Of a stretch of DNA of 63,735 nucleotides, positions 37,490 to 51,949 are shown one piece after another. A program made the position numbers and the translations under genes. The notes under the pieces are model-generated. The model searched no databases, was not told where the DNA came from, and was given only the letters and a program-made list of their open reading frames with translations. Origin of the DNA: Rhynchobatus australiae (taxonomy: Eukaryota); contig JAUZTB010000076.1 of NCBI GenBank assembly GCA_034780895.1, forward strand, positions 108,759,650 to 108,823,384. Direction: 5' to 3'. Position 1 is the stretch's first letter, and each line of letters starts with the position of its first letter.

Positions 37490-39450
37490 AATCAAATCAC
37501 ATTTTACAATGTTAAATTCAAGATGATACAATCCTAGTAATGCAGTCTCTTCAGGCATCATTCTGATAAATCCACATTGGATATCTTCCAAGGCAATATA
37601 TTGCTCCTAAAAATCAAGTGCCAAGAATTGCTCTCAATTGTGTTCTCTAACCAGGGCTTTGTATGAAGAGAATCAACTATAACATCTTCTATTTCCATGC
37701 TGATATTATTACCACTGGTTTCTGCACAAGGATCTAGCTTTGGCCCAAACCTATTTCTCAGCAAAACAAAAATCATCTGAAAAACACCGTCACATTCCAT
37801 GTCAAAAGAGACAACACCAGCTCTGCCTCATCACCCACTAATGAAGGGTCTCAACCTGAAACATCGACTTCCCTCCACTGATGCTGCCTGACCCATTGAG
37901 CTCCTCCAGCATTCTACGTGTTGCTCCAGATTGTGGCAGATGGAGTTCAACCCAGATAAGTGTGAAGTGGTTCATTTTAGTAGATCAAATATGATGGCAG
38001 AATACAGTATTAATGGTAAGACTCTTGGCAGGGTGGAGGATCAGAGGGATCTTGGGGGCCGAGTCCAGAGGACGCTCAAAGCAGCCGCACAGGTTGACTC
38101 TGTGGTTAACAAGGCATATGGTGTATTGTCCTTCTTCAATCGTGCAATTGAATTTAGTAGCTGAGAGGTAATGTCGCAGCCATTTAGGACCTGGGTCAGA
38201 CCCCACTTGGAGTACTGTGCTCAGTTCTGGTTGCCTCACTACAGGAAGGATGTGGAGCCCATAGAAAGGGTGTAGAGGAGATTTACAAGGATGTTGCCTG
38301 GAATGCGGAGCATGCCTTATGAAAACAGGTTGAGTGAACTCGGCCTTTTCTCCTTGGAGTGACATAGGATGAGAGGTGACCTGATAGAGGTGTATAAGAT
38401 GATGAGAGGCATTGATTGTGTGGATAGTCAGAGGTTTCCCAGGGCTGAAATGGTTGCCACAAGAGGACACAGGCTTAAGGTGCTGGGGAGTAGGTACAGA
38501 GGAGGTGTCAGGGGTAAGTTTTTTTACTCAGAGAGTGGTGAGTGCATGGAATAAGCTGCTGGCAACGGTGGTAGAGGCAGATATGATAAGGTCTTTTAAG
38601 AGACTTTTGCAGAGCTACATGAGTCTTAGAAAAATAGAGGGCTATGGGTAAGCCTAGTAATTTCTAAGGTAGGTGCATGTTCAGCACAACTATGTGGTCC
38701 AAAGGGCCTGTATTGTGCTGTACATTTTCTATGTTCTATCTGCAGTCTCTTGTGTCTCCCTCACTACTCTCTCTTGATCCCTCAGTGTTCTCTAAGCTGT
38801 CAAACTATCTTTGCAACACTCATTATTGGGCAAACAGAAATTTTGGGAAGAATGAAGCCCAAGCCACCTAACAACTTTAATTCCCTAACCACCAATTCCA
38901 TCCTCATTCCTTCCAACTGTCTGAAGATGAATCAGATGACATAAAAACTTGATGCCTTTTGACCTCAGTTCTTTCACCGAGGGTAATTCCATCTCTGCAA
39001 CATGACCTGATTCTGCACAGTGCCAGTTCATTTGTTGCTGAAATACATATCCATGCCCTTCCTAACCATGAGGTTTGATCATTCCAATGCATTTATAGTT
39101 AGCTTCCTTATGTTCTGCTCTTTAAGTACACAGTAGAATTTTGAATGATCATGGCCTAACTTGCATGATTCCATTAATCCACCATATGTTTGTCCTATCC
39201 TAAGTGTTGGTAATACCATTGTCAAGGTCTGAAAATCCTTATCCTCCACGATCTCATCCATGCCTCTGCAATATTTTCAGCCCCATAAACCCTCCAAAAC
39301 AATACAAATTCTCAGCTCTTGACCATACCCAAATTTAACTGTTCCACTACCATTGGCAGGTTTTCCTTCAACCTTCAAGTTCCTAAGCTCTGGAATTCCC
39401 TCTCAAAAACACCTTTTTAAACCTCGAAGAGGCTGGAAACCTCCAACTAA
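37490..39450 (+). mobile_element. Old L2-like LINE remnant interrupted by a Penelope-derived element and a CR1
   Basis: QGSSFGPNLF remnant near 37725-37760; L2-like sequence resumes after 38760. Confidence 0.5.
37931..38738 (+). mobile_element. Relatively young 5'-truncated CR1 (HER1-like) LINE
   Basis: ORFs 37931-38164 (WQMEFNPDKCEVVHF) and 38369-38554 (MRGDLIEVYKMMRG); tail tgctgtacattttctatgttcta. Confidence 0.93.
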
Positions 39451-42214
39451 CCCAACTGGTATTGGTTTATTATCGTCACTCATACTGATATACAGTGAAA
39501 AACTTGTCTTGCATTTATCTTAATTATGCCATAAATGCCGCAATACCAACTTTTTGTAGGGTAATTCTCCTGTGAATCACCGTGGATGTTTTCGCTACAT
39601 TGAAAGCATCGTATAAAATCCCTGACATCACAATATAGTTGTAGCACAATTTCTATCTCTTTGTATTCCAATCACCTAGATACAAAAGCCAGTATTCCAT
39701 TGAATTTTGATTCTTTTCTTCCACCTATAACATTTTAATTACTCATGAAGCTGACCTTCAAGTCTTTAGAAATTTAGTCATTTCGGGCCTTTCACTAAAT
39801 GCATTCTATTTCNNNNNNNNNNNNNNNNNNNNNNNNNNNNNNNNNNNNNNNNNNNNNNNNNNNNNNNNNNNNNNNNNNNNNNNNNNNNNNNNNNNNNNNN
39901 NNNNNNNNNNNNNNNNNNNNNNNNNNNNNNNNNNNNNNNNNNNNNNNNNNNNNNNNNNNNNNNNNNNNNNNNNNNNCAGCTAAGCAATTTATAAATAGTG
40001 AACAGCTGTAGCACAAACATAGATCTTTACAGCATACCACTACTTACATCCAATGCGAATATCTGACCCACTCTCTCTCTGGCTTGGCAGACAATTTTTA
40101 AGTTCATAATTTGCCTTCAGTTCCATTACACTCAACTTCAGCAAAATTAAGGACATTATCAAACTGCTGCTGACATTCACCTATTCGCACTCCAATCAAT
40201 TTTTCAGTAAAATAACTTTTTCATTAAAATCAGTCAGGTTCAGCAAACATGACTTATCCTTATGATCAATTGCAAATTTAGCAAAATGAATCACATTACC
40301 CTTCAAAGAGGAACAATTTGACTGCCGTCTGTCACACTTCTTAAAAACAGAAGAATTTCTAAAATAGAGAGAACTTTAAGAGATTTTAATTAGGGCACCA
40401 ATGTTCAGACTAAATTTCTTTAAAACCATGGGAGATAAAAACATCCGGTCTTGAGCCATTATTTTATCACTTATGTAGACTAGTTAATTTTGGCAAATCC
40501 CTGTCCCTTCAATTCAATGTTGATTTTCTGGAGGGCTGGGGTGCCATCCTCTACCTCTTTTGTAAATAACAACAGACATTCAAAATGTCTGTCATTTTCT
40601 TTAAATGTATTATGTTAATGACACCAGCTTTTTGAAGTGAGCCCCATTGCTTCCATCATCTTTTCTAATAAAAGCTGTAAAAAAATTGTGTTGATCTTGG
40701 CATAACTTGCAAGTTTCTTTACTCACTTTTTATACTTATTGGATTATTATCTTTAGCTGTTCTTTGATGCCTTCCAAATTCCTGCTATTTTTTTAAATTT
40801 ATGTTTGGTTGTTCTTTACCATTGTTTTGTGGTATTTAGAACTCCTGTTCTTGGGGAAAGAGAACCACATCATTTTTCAAGTACCTTCCCATTGGTCTAA
40901 CATATTTCCCATCTTATCAAAGATTGTCTCTGCCCCACTGCTTCAAAGTCAACTTTACAAGACTATGGAAAATGTGTGATCCCCCCCCCCCCTNNNNNNN
41001 NNNNNNNNNNNNNNNNNNNNNNNNNNNNNNNNNNNNNNNNNNNNNNNNNNNNNNNNNNNNNNNNNNNNNNNNNNNNNNNNNNNNNNNNNNNNNNNNNNNN
41101 NNNNNNNNNNNNNNNNNNNNNNNNNNNNNNNNNNNNNNNNNNNNNNNNNNNNNNNNNNNNNNNNNNNNNNNNNNNNNNNNNNNNNNNNNNNNNNNNNNNN
41201 NNNNNNNNNNNNNNNNNNNNNNNNNNNNNNNNNNNNNNNNNNNNNNNNNNNNNNNNNNNNNNNNNNNNNNNNNNNNNNNNNNNNNNNNNNNNNNNNNNNN
41301 NNNNNNNNNNNNNNNNNNNNNNNNNNNNNNNNNNNNNNNNNNNNNNNNNNNNNNNNNNNNNNNNNNNNNNNNNNNNNNNNNNNNNNNNNNNNNNNNNNNN
41401 NNNNNNNNNNNNNNNNNNNNNNNNNNNNNNNNNNNNNNNNNNNNNNNNNNNNNNNNNNNNNNNNNNNNNNNNNNNNNNNNNNNNNNNNNNNNNNNNNNNN
41501 NNNNNNNNNNNNNNNNNNNNNNNNNNNNNNNNNNCAAGTTTGATAAAATGGTAAGCAGCATAGAAAAATTGTTTCCATCTGTCCCAACTGGCATAGGTTT
41601 GTAGAAATTCACAACCAGACAAGTTGACGTGGCAGTGGGGCCTTGCTTTCACAGTATATGCCATATGCTTTCCAGATTCACAGGCAACTCTGAACAATAT
41701 AATCTCTTACTGGGATTCATGACCAATTTATATAGGTGAATTAATACATTAAATGTCTGAATACAAATCTGANNNNNNNNNNCACCCTGTATTTAACTAT
41801 AAGATTAGTCAAAACTTAAATTTGAAGAATATATTTAAGGTGTTAAGTGCAATGTTTATAAATTTTCAAGCCAGAATAGCCAAAAAAATTGAATCAAATC
41901 TGTCAAATACAATCCTGTCGACTTTTCTTAAATTCAGATTTTTTTATTCTTATAAGTCAAATAGTCAAGAATTTGTCTTGTGTTTGAAATTATCCAGAGT
42001 GTCAAGTTAAAAAAACAAGCAGAATTGACTGTTCAATGGAACTTTATGCACAGATGATGCTCATAATCTGCAGCTATAATAGCAGCAACGTGGTCTACAT
42101 TTCATACCACAAAACAGCAATTTATAGGAAAAAAAATAAGTGTGCAAGCCCATCTCTTGATTTTGCAGTTTAAAGTGTTTGAAAGCTCACTTAAAAACCA
42201 TAAAGCATTAAATG

Positions 42215-42360
42215 TTAGAAATGCTGAACAGGTCAGGAAGAATTATTACAAAAAGCTGTTGTCCTGAAATATTAATTCTTACTCTGACCATAGATGCTGC
42301 CTGACCGGTTCAGTATTTCTAACATTTTCTGTTTTATTTCAGATGTCCAGCATCTACTGT
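42215..42360. mobile_element. Degenerate Penelope-derived element
   Basis: agatgctgcctgaccggttcagtatttctaacattttctgttttatttcagatgtccagcatct. Confidence 0.6.
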
Positions 42361-44544
42361 CTCAGAATTCTTCAACAGGCCAGATCGTACTGACAGCTAG
42401 CTGGCAGTTCAGCAAAGAGCTGACAACATATATTGTGAAAGTAAGGTACCACCGTGAATAGCTGACTGCAGCATGTGCAACTGTGCATTCCAGACTTCAG
42501 TGTATTCCCACTACCGTGCACAGACACAGAAGGAAGGAATAAACCTGGGCACTCGAACTCTGAAGCAGCAGCCCTACTAGCTGTGCCATTGTGCTGATCT
42601 ACAAATACTGACACTTTTTAATACTTAAAACACAACCACATCCCAAACTTATATAGGAAAGACATTTAATGACAGATTTAATCACAACATGAAATTCCTA
42701 GGTTTTTTCACTAATTCCTCATGATCATTCTGAAATACATGGATGCAACTGTACCACTTTTATATTGTGTATCCAATATGAAGAAAAATGAGATAAAATG
42801 CTGGTGTCAAAATTCAAGACAGGTAAAAGTAACAGAAAAAAAACACTGGAATTGGTCAAGACTAGTCTTGACTAATTCCCCACATCCACTTCAAATTCTC
42901 TTTATAATTTGCCCCAATGCACATAATAATCAAAATTCAATCCTCACAGCTCAGCCAATTCTCTGAAAAACACAAAGTTAGTGCAAAATAACTTGCACTG
43001 CAATTGCATAAAACCTCACAAACTAATCCAAAGTTGACAAATATATCACGTTCCCAATACTCTACATCACCTTTGACAAGAAAACATGACATTTATTAAA
43101 CCATGAGCTAAAATTTGGTTATGCTAAGAAAATCTTTCTGCATCTCCTTTGAAAATTATTTATTTTAAACTCTGTACTATGGCCCATATTGACAAGAAAA
43201 AAGCATTCTGCATTCATTTAAACACAAGATTCCACTGACCAAAAGATTGAAGAGGAAAACAAATGCAGACTCATCTGCTGGCCAATGGAAATGTTGGAGG
43301 TCATATAAACTGAGAATGTAACACAATGTTATCTTGCACCTCGAATAGATACTTCGTGAGCAATCACAGACATAATTTGACACGGACCACATACGTAGAT
43401 ATTAGGGCAAGTAACCAAAAGCTTGGACAAAGTAGTAGATTTTATGGAATGACTTTAAAGGGTGGGGAAGATGTAGATGGCCAGGAAATTTCAGAGAGGA
43501 ACCTATGCAGATTAAGTCCTGAATGCCAAAAGGAGAATGAAGGAAGTCAACGATTCAAAAGAAGCCAGAGACCTTTCAGGCCTGGAGAAGATTGCAAAGG
43601 TAAAAGGGGAACAGGTCATGGAGGGTCCTGAATGGAGCTCTATTTTTAAATATTAAAAATGCTTTGACTGACCAGAATCCCAGGTCAACCAGATAAAAAG
43701 TGAAAGCAACTTTATAAGAATTGGATATGGTTTGCAACTTCAGATGAGTTTGAGAGTGCAGGATGGGGGCTGATCAAGAAAGCTTGAAATAGTTGAGAAA
43801 TAATGTAGGCTGGGAGATAATAAAGGCAAGGCTGAGGATTTCATCAGCTAGTGAGTACGAAGATACTGGGATAAGCAAACTAGTAAGCAAAACAATAAAA
43901 TCAAGGGTTGGGAAAACAGCAGCTTCAAAAAAAAAAGTCTACTTAATTGTAACACAAGAAATAGATCCAGTAGGCCTATGATCCCTTAAGCACATTCCAC
44001 CATGCAAGATCATGATGATCTTGTGGTTTGTCTATTTTCCTGCCTGAACCCCCATCTACTAATTCTCTTAGTATGCAAATATCTGTCAACCTCAGACTTG
44101 TATAATCTCAATGACTAATCACCTGCAGAATTCTCAGATAGAGAATTCAAAAATTTACAACCCTATGATGGAATTTCTTCTCATCAATCCCATTAGTCAA
44201 CTAGTTCTAAATCCCTCAACTCGCAGAAACTGCCCACTGGTATCAAGCCTATTAATCCCTCTCATGCAGTCCCATTGAAAGTATATATATTGATAACTTG
44301 TCACAAATCACAAGCATGACTTATGAACATCTACAAAGCAAAAAAAAAACACCTGTTCAGATCTTTACCATATAGTTGAATATTTTGGGAATTAGTAACA
44401 ATTTATGTTTATATATTTGTCTGCTTTCTGATTTATTTCCACAAGTACATTTCATACGAAGAAAACCTTTTCACGTTTTCTGATCAACCATCCAATTAAC
44501 AGTTGATTAGCTCAAGAATTGCAACTGAAAAACAAATACTGCTG

Positions 44545-45117
44545 ACAGGTGGTGAAGGAGTTTAGCACGCTTGCCTTCATTGGTCAAGATATCAAGTACA
44601 GGAGTTGAAACATCAAGTTACAGCTGTACAAGACGTTAGTAATGCCACATTTGAACACTGGGTACAGTTCTGGTTGCCCTGCTATAAGGAGGATGTCATT
44701 AAACTGGAAAGAGTGCAAAAAAGATCTGAGGATGTTAGTGGGACTGGAGCATTTAAGATGAGGCTAGGCTAGGACTTTTGTCCCTGGAGCATAAGAAGCT
44801 GAAGGCTGACCTTAGTTTATAAAATCATAACGGGCACAGATAAAGTAAATAGCCAGTCTTTTCCCCCAAGATAGAGGAGTCCAAACTTGGAGGGTATAGT
44901 TCAAAATGAGAGGAAAATATTTAAGAGATCCAAGGAATAACTTTTTCCACATCGAGGGTGGTGCATATATGGAATTAGCTGCCAGAGGAAGTGGCAGAGG
45001 CAAATACAATTACAACATTTGAACAGGTACGTGGATATTAAAGGTTTAGAGGGATATGAGCCAAATAGGACTAGCTCAGTTAGGCCACATGGTTGGCATG
45101 GATGAGTTGGGCCAAAG
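44545..45117 (+). mobile_element. CR1 LINE 3' fragment
   Basis: gtggtgaaggag...cttgccttcattgg...ttggcatggatgagttgggccaaag. Confidence 0.85.
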
Positions 45118-45703
45118 NNNNNNNNNNNNNNNNNNNNNNNNNNNNNNNNNNNNNNNNNNNNNNNNNNNNNNNNNNCATCACATAACTTAAATCAGATGAA
45201 CACCAGCCAATGGTAAACAGCAATAAGGGAGTCCAAGGTCATAGAAAATTTCTAAATTTATTGAAAACTAAAATATTTCAAGGAAATGTGAAAGACCAAC
45301 AACAATGCAACATTTCCTTGCACCTCAAATGGGTAATTTGAAAGAATCATACTGCTTAAGTGGTCATTTGAAAATACTGCCAACAATTAGCCAAAGACAT
45401 CACTTGCTAGAATTTAAGACAATTTCATTCCCCAACCTTATTTCTAAGCGACAAAATACTGCTCAGGAATGTACTGCTTTTTATTCCTGCTATTAGATTT
45501 AAATATTGTTACAGAACTAAAACAATTAAGAAATTGCTGTTTACAATTGGAGCAAACTGCATACATAAAAGGTTCATCTTCAAGGTTGACAAAGTTTCTT
45601 CTAAATGACAAGGGGTGCTTTAAGGCTGCTCTGATTGCATGTAGGTGTTACCCAAGGTATTAAATTAATCATTTTGTCCCAAGTCTAAAAATCAATTTCT
45701 TAC

Positions 45704-45803
45704 CTCAGAGTGTTCCAGCAGATTGAAGCCATAGAGCTTGCAGGTGGTAGCAACCCGAGCCAGATAGCGAACAATGGAATTCACATCATTAAACGTGACA
45801 TTT
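45704..45803 (-). CDS. EPRS1: EPRS1 exon 3 ([33 protein letters not shown])
   Basis: tacag / gtaaga splice sites, 100 nt, RYLARVA motif. Confidence 0.96.
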
Positions 45804-46034
45804 CTGTAATATTGAAAATAGAGTATACTACAGTAGCAACACAATAATCAATAATTATTTCCCACCAACTGCTTTAAATAAATATATATATTTTTAAAAT
45901 ATATTTTAAATCATACATGACCTCTGATTTGGCATTGAGTACAGTGGGTTTCAAATGATGGGACTACATAAAATGAAAATGGTACAGAATTGTATATGGT
46001 ACAAATGATACAAAAAGTATTTGTCAAGTCAACA

Positions 46035-47100
46035 AGAACATAGAACAGTACAGCACAGGAACAGGCCCTTAGGCCTACGACATTGTGTCAAACTAAACTA
46101 GTAATTAAATGACTAAACTAATCCCTTCTGGCTACACAATGTCCATATCCCTCCNNNNNNNNNNNNNNNNNNNNNNNNNNNNNNNNNNNNNNNNNNNNNN
46201 NNNNNNNNNNNNNNNNNNNNNNNNNNNNNNNNNNNNNNNNNNNNNNNNNNNNNNAATCCCTTCTGGCTACACAATGTCCATATCCCTCCATTCTCTGCAC
46301 ATCCATGTGCCTATCTAAGAGCCTCTTAAATGGTTCTACCACCCGTGGCAGTGCATTGCAGGCACCAACCACCCTCTGTGTTTAAAAAAAAGTTGCCCCC
46401 CACATCTCCTTCGAACTTACTCTCTCTTACCTAAAATGTGTGCCCTCCAGTATTAGACATTTCAACCTTAGGTAAAAGATATTAAGTGTCTACTCTATCT
46501 ATGCCCCTCATAATCTTATAAACCTCTAACAGGTCTTCCCTCAGCCCAAGTTTGTCCAACCTCTCCTGATAGCAACATGCCCTCTAATCCAGGCAGCATC
46601 CTGGTAAACCTCTTCCGCACCCTCTCCAAAGCCTCCACATCCTTTCTATAATGAGCCAAACAGAATTGAATGCGATATTCCAGATGCAGCCTAACTAGAG
46701 TTTCATAAAGCTGCAACATAACTTCCTGACTCCTGAAATTAATGCCGTGACTAATGAAGGCAAGCATGCCACATGCTTTCTTTACTACTTACTGTGCAGC
46801 TACTTTCAGGGATCTATGGACTTAGGACCCCAAGATCCCTCTGTACATCAACATTGTTAAGGGCCTTGCAATTAACAGTGTACTGTCCCCTTTACATTTC
46901 AATTCCCAAAGTGCAATACCTCACATTTGGCCGAATTAAACTCCATCGGCCATTTCTCCACCCATATCGGCAACTCATCTATATCCCACTGTATCCTTTG
47001 GCGATCTTCTACACCATCACCACCACCACATATCTTTGTATTGTCTGCAAACTTACCAAGCCACTCATTTACATTTTCATCCAAATCATTTATATAAATC
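46035..47100 (-). mobile_element. CR1 LINE 3' ~1 kb
   Basis: ORFs 46899-47102 (IYINDLDE..KFADNTK) and 46516-46767 (VRLHLEY..RKDVEALERV); reverse tail agaacatagaacagtacagcac. Confidence 0.92.
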
Positions 47101-48371
47101 AAAGGGTGTTTTGAAATTCAATATCTCTTACAGGCAGTCACAAACAGGAATGCTCAAATTTAACTTATGGCTGCTTGGCTGTGTAACACTTGCAAATTCA
47201 TGTCCCCATTAGTTTATATGTACCTCAAACTGTATATGACAATAAATGTTGATATTCTGATTGAGAATTACCAAACAGATGGATTTCCAATATTTAATGC
47301 TCTCAAAATTCAAATGGGGCAAAACCAAAAGGTAAAGTAATTTAAGTTAAAAGGAATCCAGAACTTTTTGGAAGAGAGGTAGTCAAGCTTTCAACTACCT
47401 TGTGTTTGAAAAAAATACTTCTTCATTTTAGTCCTCAAAGTCCAAGCTCTAACTTTATGTACCCAAACAAGGCATCATAATAAAATTATATAAACCTAAA
47501 TAATGGTGATTGCTGCAATATGCAAGGGAACTCGTCGTCTATGGAACTCATTTCACAAAAGCATCTTAAGATGCTTTATAGATGCAATAGATGTAATGCA
47601 GGAAGTGGAAGGAAAGTTGGGATGGATAATCAAAAGAACAGTCAAGGATATAAATTTGGAGCAAATTTTGGAAGGAGTTTAAGCAGGCACAGGATCAATG
47701 AGCTAAAAAATCAACAGCATTTAAAAAAACAGGTTATAGGGAAAAGTAAAGAGAAATGAAATACGTATGCTGGATGTGATTACCACTTAAGCTCATTCGA
47801 TACCTGTTCATCTGCCCTATCTGAAAGGGTGTGTGTTAATTAGTAGAACTGGATACATTGATCAACTGAAAATGTTGTCATTGAAACACCAATAGCTCAT
47901 TTGTAAATACCACAACCCGAATGATACTACATGTGATTCAACCACCGAGTTCCTGTCCTGTAAGAATGCTAATAATTCAGTGATAAAAGATAGCCAAATC
48001 ATAGTTTTAGTTTGTTCATGGAACATTATAAATAGGATTTTATGCTCAAGTCAATACATAATAGGAATGATTCTGAGTGACTAAGTTATTTACTTAATAT
48101 TGTAAAAGCCATTAAAAATAAGCCATTGTTACATACCTCCTAACATTCAATTTCAGAGCCGCAGCAACAAAGGTTAAAGAATACATTTCCCTATTATCTT
48201 TCTCTACACATCAATATTTTATTAATGCAGCATTTGTAAGAAGTAATTTTTAATATCCAGAAGGATTAAATATTAATTGTTAAAACTTTGAAATGGAAAA
48301 AGCCTGATTAGCTCATCCAACTAAAATAGGTGCAATAACCCCACCAAGTCTCCAGCTACTATGATACTTAC

Positions 48372-48456
48372 TCAGAAATTCGCAGTATGTTCTCTTTACC
48401 CTCTCCAACCAAAACGTTGACATAATCTTTGATGTGTTCTACAGTTAGCAATACAC
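48372..48456 (-). CDS. EPRS1: EPRS1 exon 2 (GVLLTVEHIKDYVNVLVGEGKENILRISE)
   Basis: ttttgtag acceptor, gtaagt donor, 85 nt, GST-like domain homology. Confidence 0.95.
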
Positions 48457-50041
48457 CTACAAAAGAGAACGATTTCATTTTATACTCATATTCAGAATTT
48501 GATACCAAATTTGATTGAACAATGAATTTATTATATGTGAAATGGTCCCAGTTAATGTTAAGAGATGCATTTAACTATGTGTTTCAGTGTACATGTGACT
48601 AATAAAGATATTTATATTACTTTATTACAAAACATGCCTAATCTTTGCAGTGCAGAGCTACCAACGGTATCAAGTGTCATTAAGAAAATTACGAAAGCTT
48701 CAACATTAATAGTCCGGTCCTTCTTCCTAGTCAATGCTAGCAAAGCCATGATTTGAATGCTAAAATCACATCTGCATCAAATAAATCTATATATGCAATT
48801 AATAACTCTTACATCCCTTCATTTGTGAAAACAATTTCTTCACTGTTTGGCTGGTTTCTTCCCTAAAACTTACTGCAATGAATTGCCAACTCCAACCAAA
48901 AATTTGATTTGTTTCTTTTTAAATTTACCTGATTAGTTTTTGTTGCAAATAAAGTCTGCAGAGTTCAGAGTTGCTAAGACACTTTAGTTAAGCAAAGGTT
49001 TCAACAATAGTTTTACAAACATATCTGTATTGGCATTTCAAAGTAACAATCAATTCTCACTTAAAACATGCTGTTTCTGTTGCCATTGAAGAAAACCTCA
49101 CATTATTCAACTTTAATGCCCTTCTAAAATGTGACAGGAGAAACTGATTTTCAATATATTGTCATGGTTAAGGATAACAAGGAAAATCAAAGTCATGGGG
49201 TTTGAAAGACTAAGTGATTTAAGTTGCACATCAAACAAAATACATAAAAGATTAAGTACAAGTTCATTTGCATTTTCAATTTCATNNNNNNNNNNNNNNN
49301 NNNNNNNNNNNNNNNNNNNNNNNNNNNNNNNNNNNNNNNNNNNNNNNNNNNNNNNNNNNNNNNNNNNNNNNNNNNNNNNNNNNNNNNNNNNNNNNNNNNN
49401 NNNNNNNNNNNNNNNNNNNNNNNNNNNNNNNNNNNNNNNNNNNNNNNNNNNNNNNNNNNNNNNNNNNNNNNNNNNNNNNNNNNNNNNNNNNNNNNNNNNN
49501 NNNNNNNNNNNNNNNNNNNNNNNNNNNNNNNNNNNNNNNNNNNNNNNNNNNNNNNNNNNNNNNNNNNNNNNNNNNNNNNNNNNNNNNNNNNNNNNNNNNN
49601 NNNNNNNNNNNNNNNNNNNNNNNNNNNNNNNNNNNNNNNNNNNNNNNNNNNNAAGAACAATCTATTTTAGTTGCAAAACAGGTTAGAAAACTTTCTCTGC
49701 GCCTTCCGTAAAACAAGTATTGTTTCAGAACCAATTCAACCAGATTAGTTAGTATGGGACAGAGACAGTGGTGAGCATCCTGCTTGGGCATCCACTTCAG
49801 ATGGAGAAGCCTTATTTGAAAAAAAACAAACTGTTTTTTTTTCCTCTCACTGATGGAAATGCCATAATGCAGAGGAGATGGATGTTTCTCTACAGACTTA
49901 AAAACAATCAAATTATTAATCTTGATTCATAAAAATCGGTCAAGAGTTTTGCACACTCCCAAACAAACCCAATTATTGCATGCATGCTGTTTTAAATTAC
50001 AGTGAATATTATACAGAAGATGAATGTTATATAAAATCATT

Positions 50042-50240
50042 GGGCAGCACAATGGTGCAGCTGGTAGCGTTGCTGCTGCATGGCTCCAATGGCGCAGGTT
50101 CAATCTTTGTCTTGGGTGCTGTATATGTGGGTTTCCGCATTCTCCCCATGTATAAATGGGTTCCCCCCTCACATCCCAAAGACATATTAGTAGGTTATTT
50201 AGCTACTATAAATGGTCCTTAGTGTGGCGGGAGAATTGGA
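50042..50240 (+). mobile_element. Diverged V-domain SINE
   Basis: gggcagcacaatggtgcagctggtagcg...ggttcaatc...ttctccccatg...catcccaaagac. Confidence 0.7.
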
Positions 50241-51949
50241 AGGGGTGGGAGTTGTTGGGCATGAGTAAGAGATGAAGGTGCAGGGAAATAAAATGGGGGA
50301 AAACAGAACTTAAGGGATTTTTCTGAGAAGAAACCATCTTAGAGCAATCCCACAATGGGTCGCCTTCTTTGCCTTAAAAAAAGATACAATGGTTGAAGCA
50401 ATAAAGAGTAAGGCAAACAAAAGTTTTTGTTCTACTAAAATCAAGATCAACTTTGAATGACTTTAAATCTAACTCCAAATAATAAGACAAGTCAGATACA
50501 GACACAACCAGTTGAAAGAGACAGTTAAATTGTGTAACTATTATACATCATTTTTGAAATTTGAGATGTCAATTTCAAAGAAGGCTTGAAGATCTAAATT
50601 TTGACAATGATGCCACCTTTGGCCTTCCTTCAGTAATCACCAGCATTTGACATATTTCTGACTTCACCCCTTTTGTGTATTAAACGCACTTAAAACCCAA
50701 AGGTGCCATAAGTCAGTCTGAATATCACTGGTCAAACCATTTAGCTTATCAGCTACTATGGAGTTGCTACAAGAATAGAGCTTCAATATTTCTCAGACTA
50801 AATTGCATTGTAGAATGCAGCATGCAAATCCCGAGAAAGCACAAGGAGTGTGTGCCAGTATTCTACTGTACATTTAGTAGCTAAGACTAATCTGATCATC
50901 CAAGACACTCTCCAACAGGTGTGCTTAAACTCTAATGCTATTAAATCAGACAAAATTAGTCGATTTCAAGAGGTTGGCAGTGATTTTAATGCCCTGATGC
51001 TACAAAATGCAAATTAACAGTAAACCTGCCAGCATTCTCATTCATGATTGCACAGTAGATAAACATACTGCAACACTTAAAATTATACTACACTGATCAA
51101 AGTAATGAAAAATACATTAAGTAGAATTCTCGCTTAATACACACTCTCACAATACAATATCCATTTAACTAAATACATCTTACTTGGATCCAGAAGACAA
51201 AAGTCAAGGTTTAGAAAGCCTTCTTCCATCCTCCATCAACAAAGTCTGCATAGAGTATTCATTTGAATAGGTATAGATTTAATGGAGTGTTCACAAGTTT
51301 ATGTTTTGGGGCATAGTTGCTATTTAAGATGCTGGGTTGCAACATTAACTGCAGGCAATTCAGAAGCATCTGACATAGCAGCAGATCTACCTGTCAAACT
51401 ATGGCGAGCAAACCCCTGTCACTACTCTTCAGTTGTGTAGACTTATTTGTCCAAAGGAGATCCTGTGGACGTATCCCTTCTTCCCCTCCCTCTGCAGATG
51501 AAAATGTTTGAACCCATTCTTTTCACAATATACCACTATCATCTTGGAATGAAAAATATTAAATGGGTATGAATAAGTCAGTATCGTACTAGTGTTTCAT
51601 AATAGACTATAATTATGAACAGTTTATATGTCACAAATAAGTTCATTTTAAACCACCAGAACCACACCCACTCATCGCCCAATTAGAATTAGTCTGCGGA
51701 TCATGTCCGTGGCTGTTCAACTTCTCTCAAATGTAATTCACTCCCCGCTTTAAATTTTATACCAACTGCAATGGATTTGCAGACAAATGGGAAATTAAAA
51801 GCACTAAGAAATTAAAGTAGTTTAAAATCACAACAAATACAAAGTTTTCAGAAAAGACAAATGCTGGCGATGCGTCTGTATCCCTTTTAAAATAAAAGCT
51901 GTCTTTCAGACAATTGTCAGAATATGAATATTATTCCTGAATGCTGATT

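Noticed and set aside
46120-46290. 35-nt direct repeat on both sides of a 100-N gap
   Set aside because: Typical unmerged contig overlap inside a CR1; an assembly artefact, not a biological duplication
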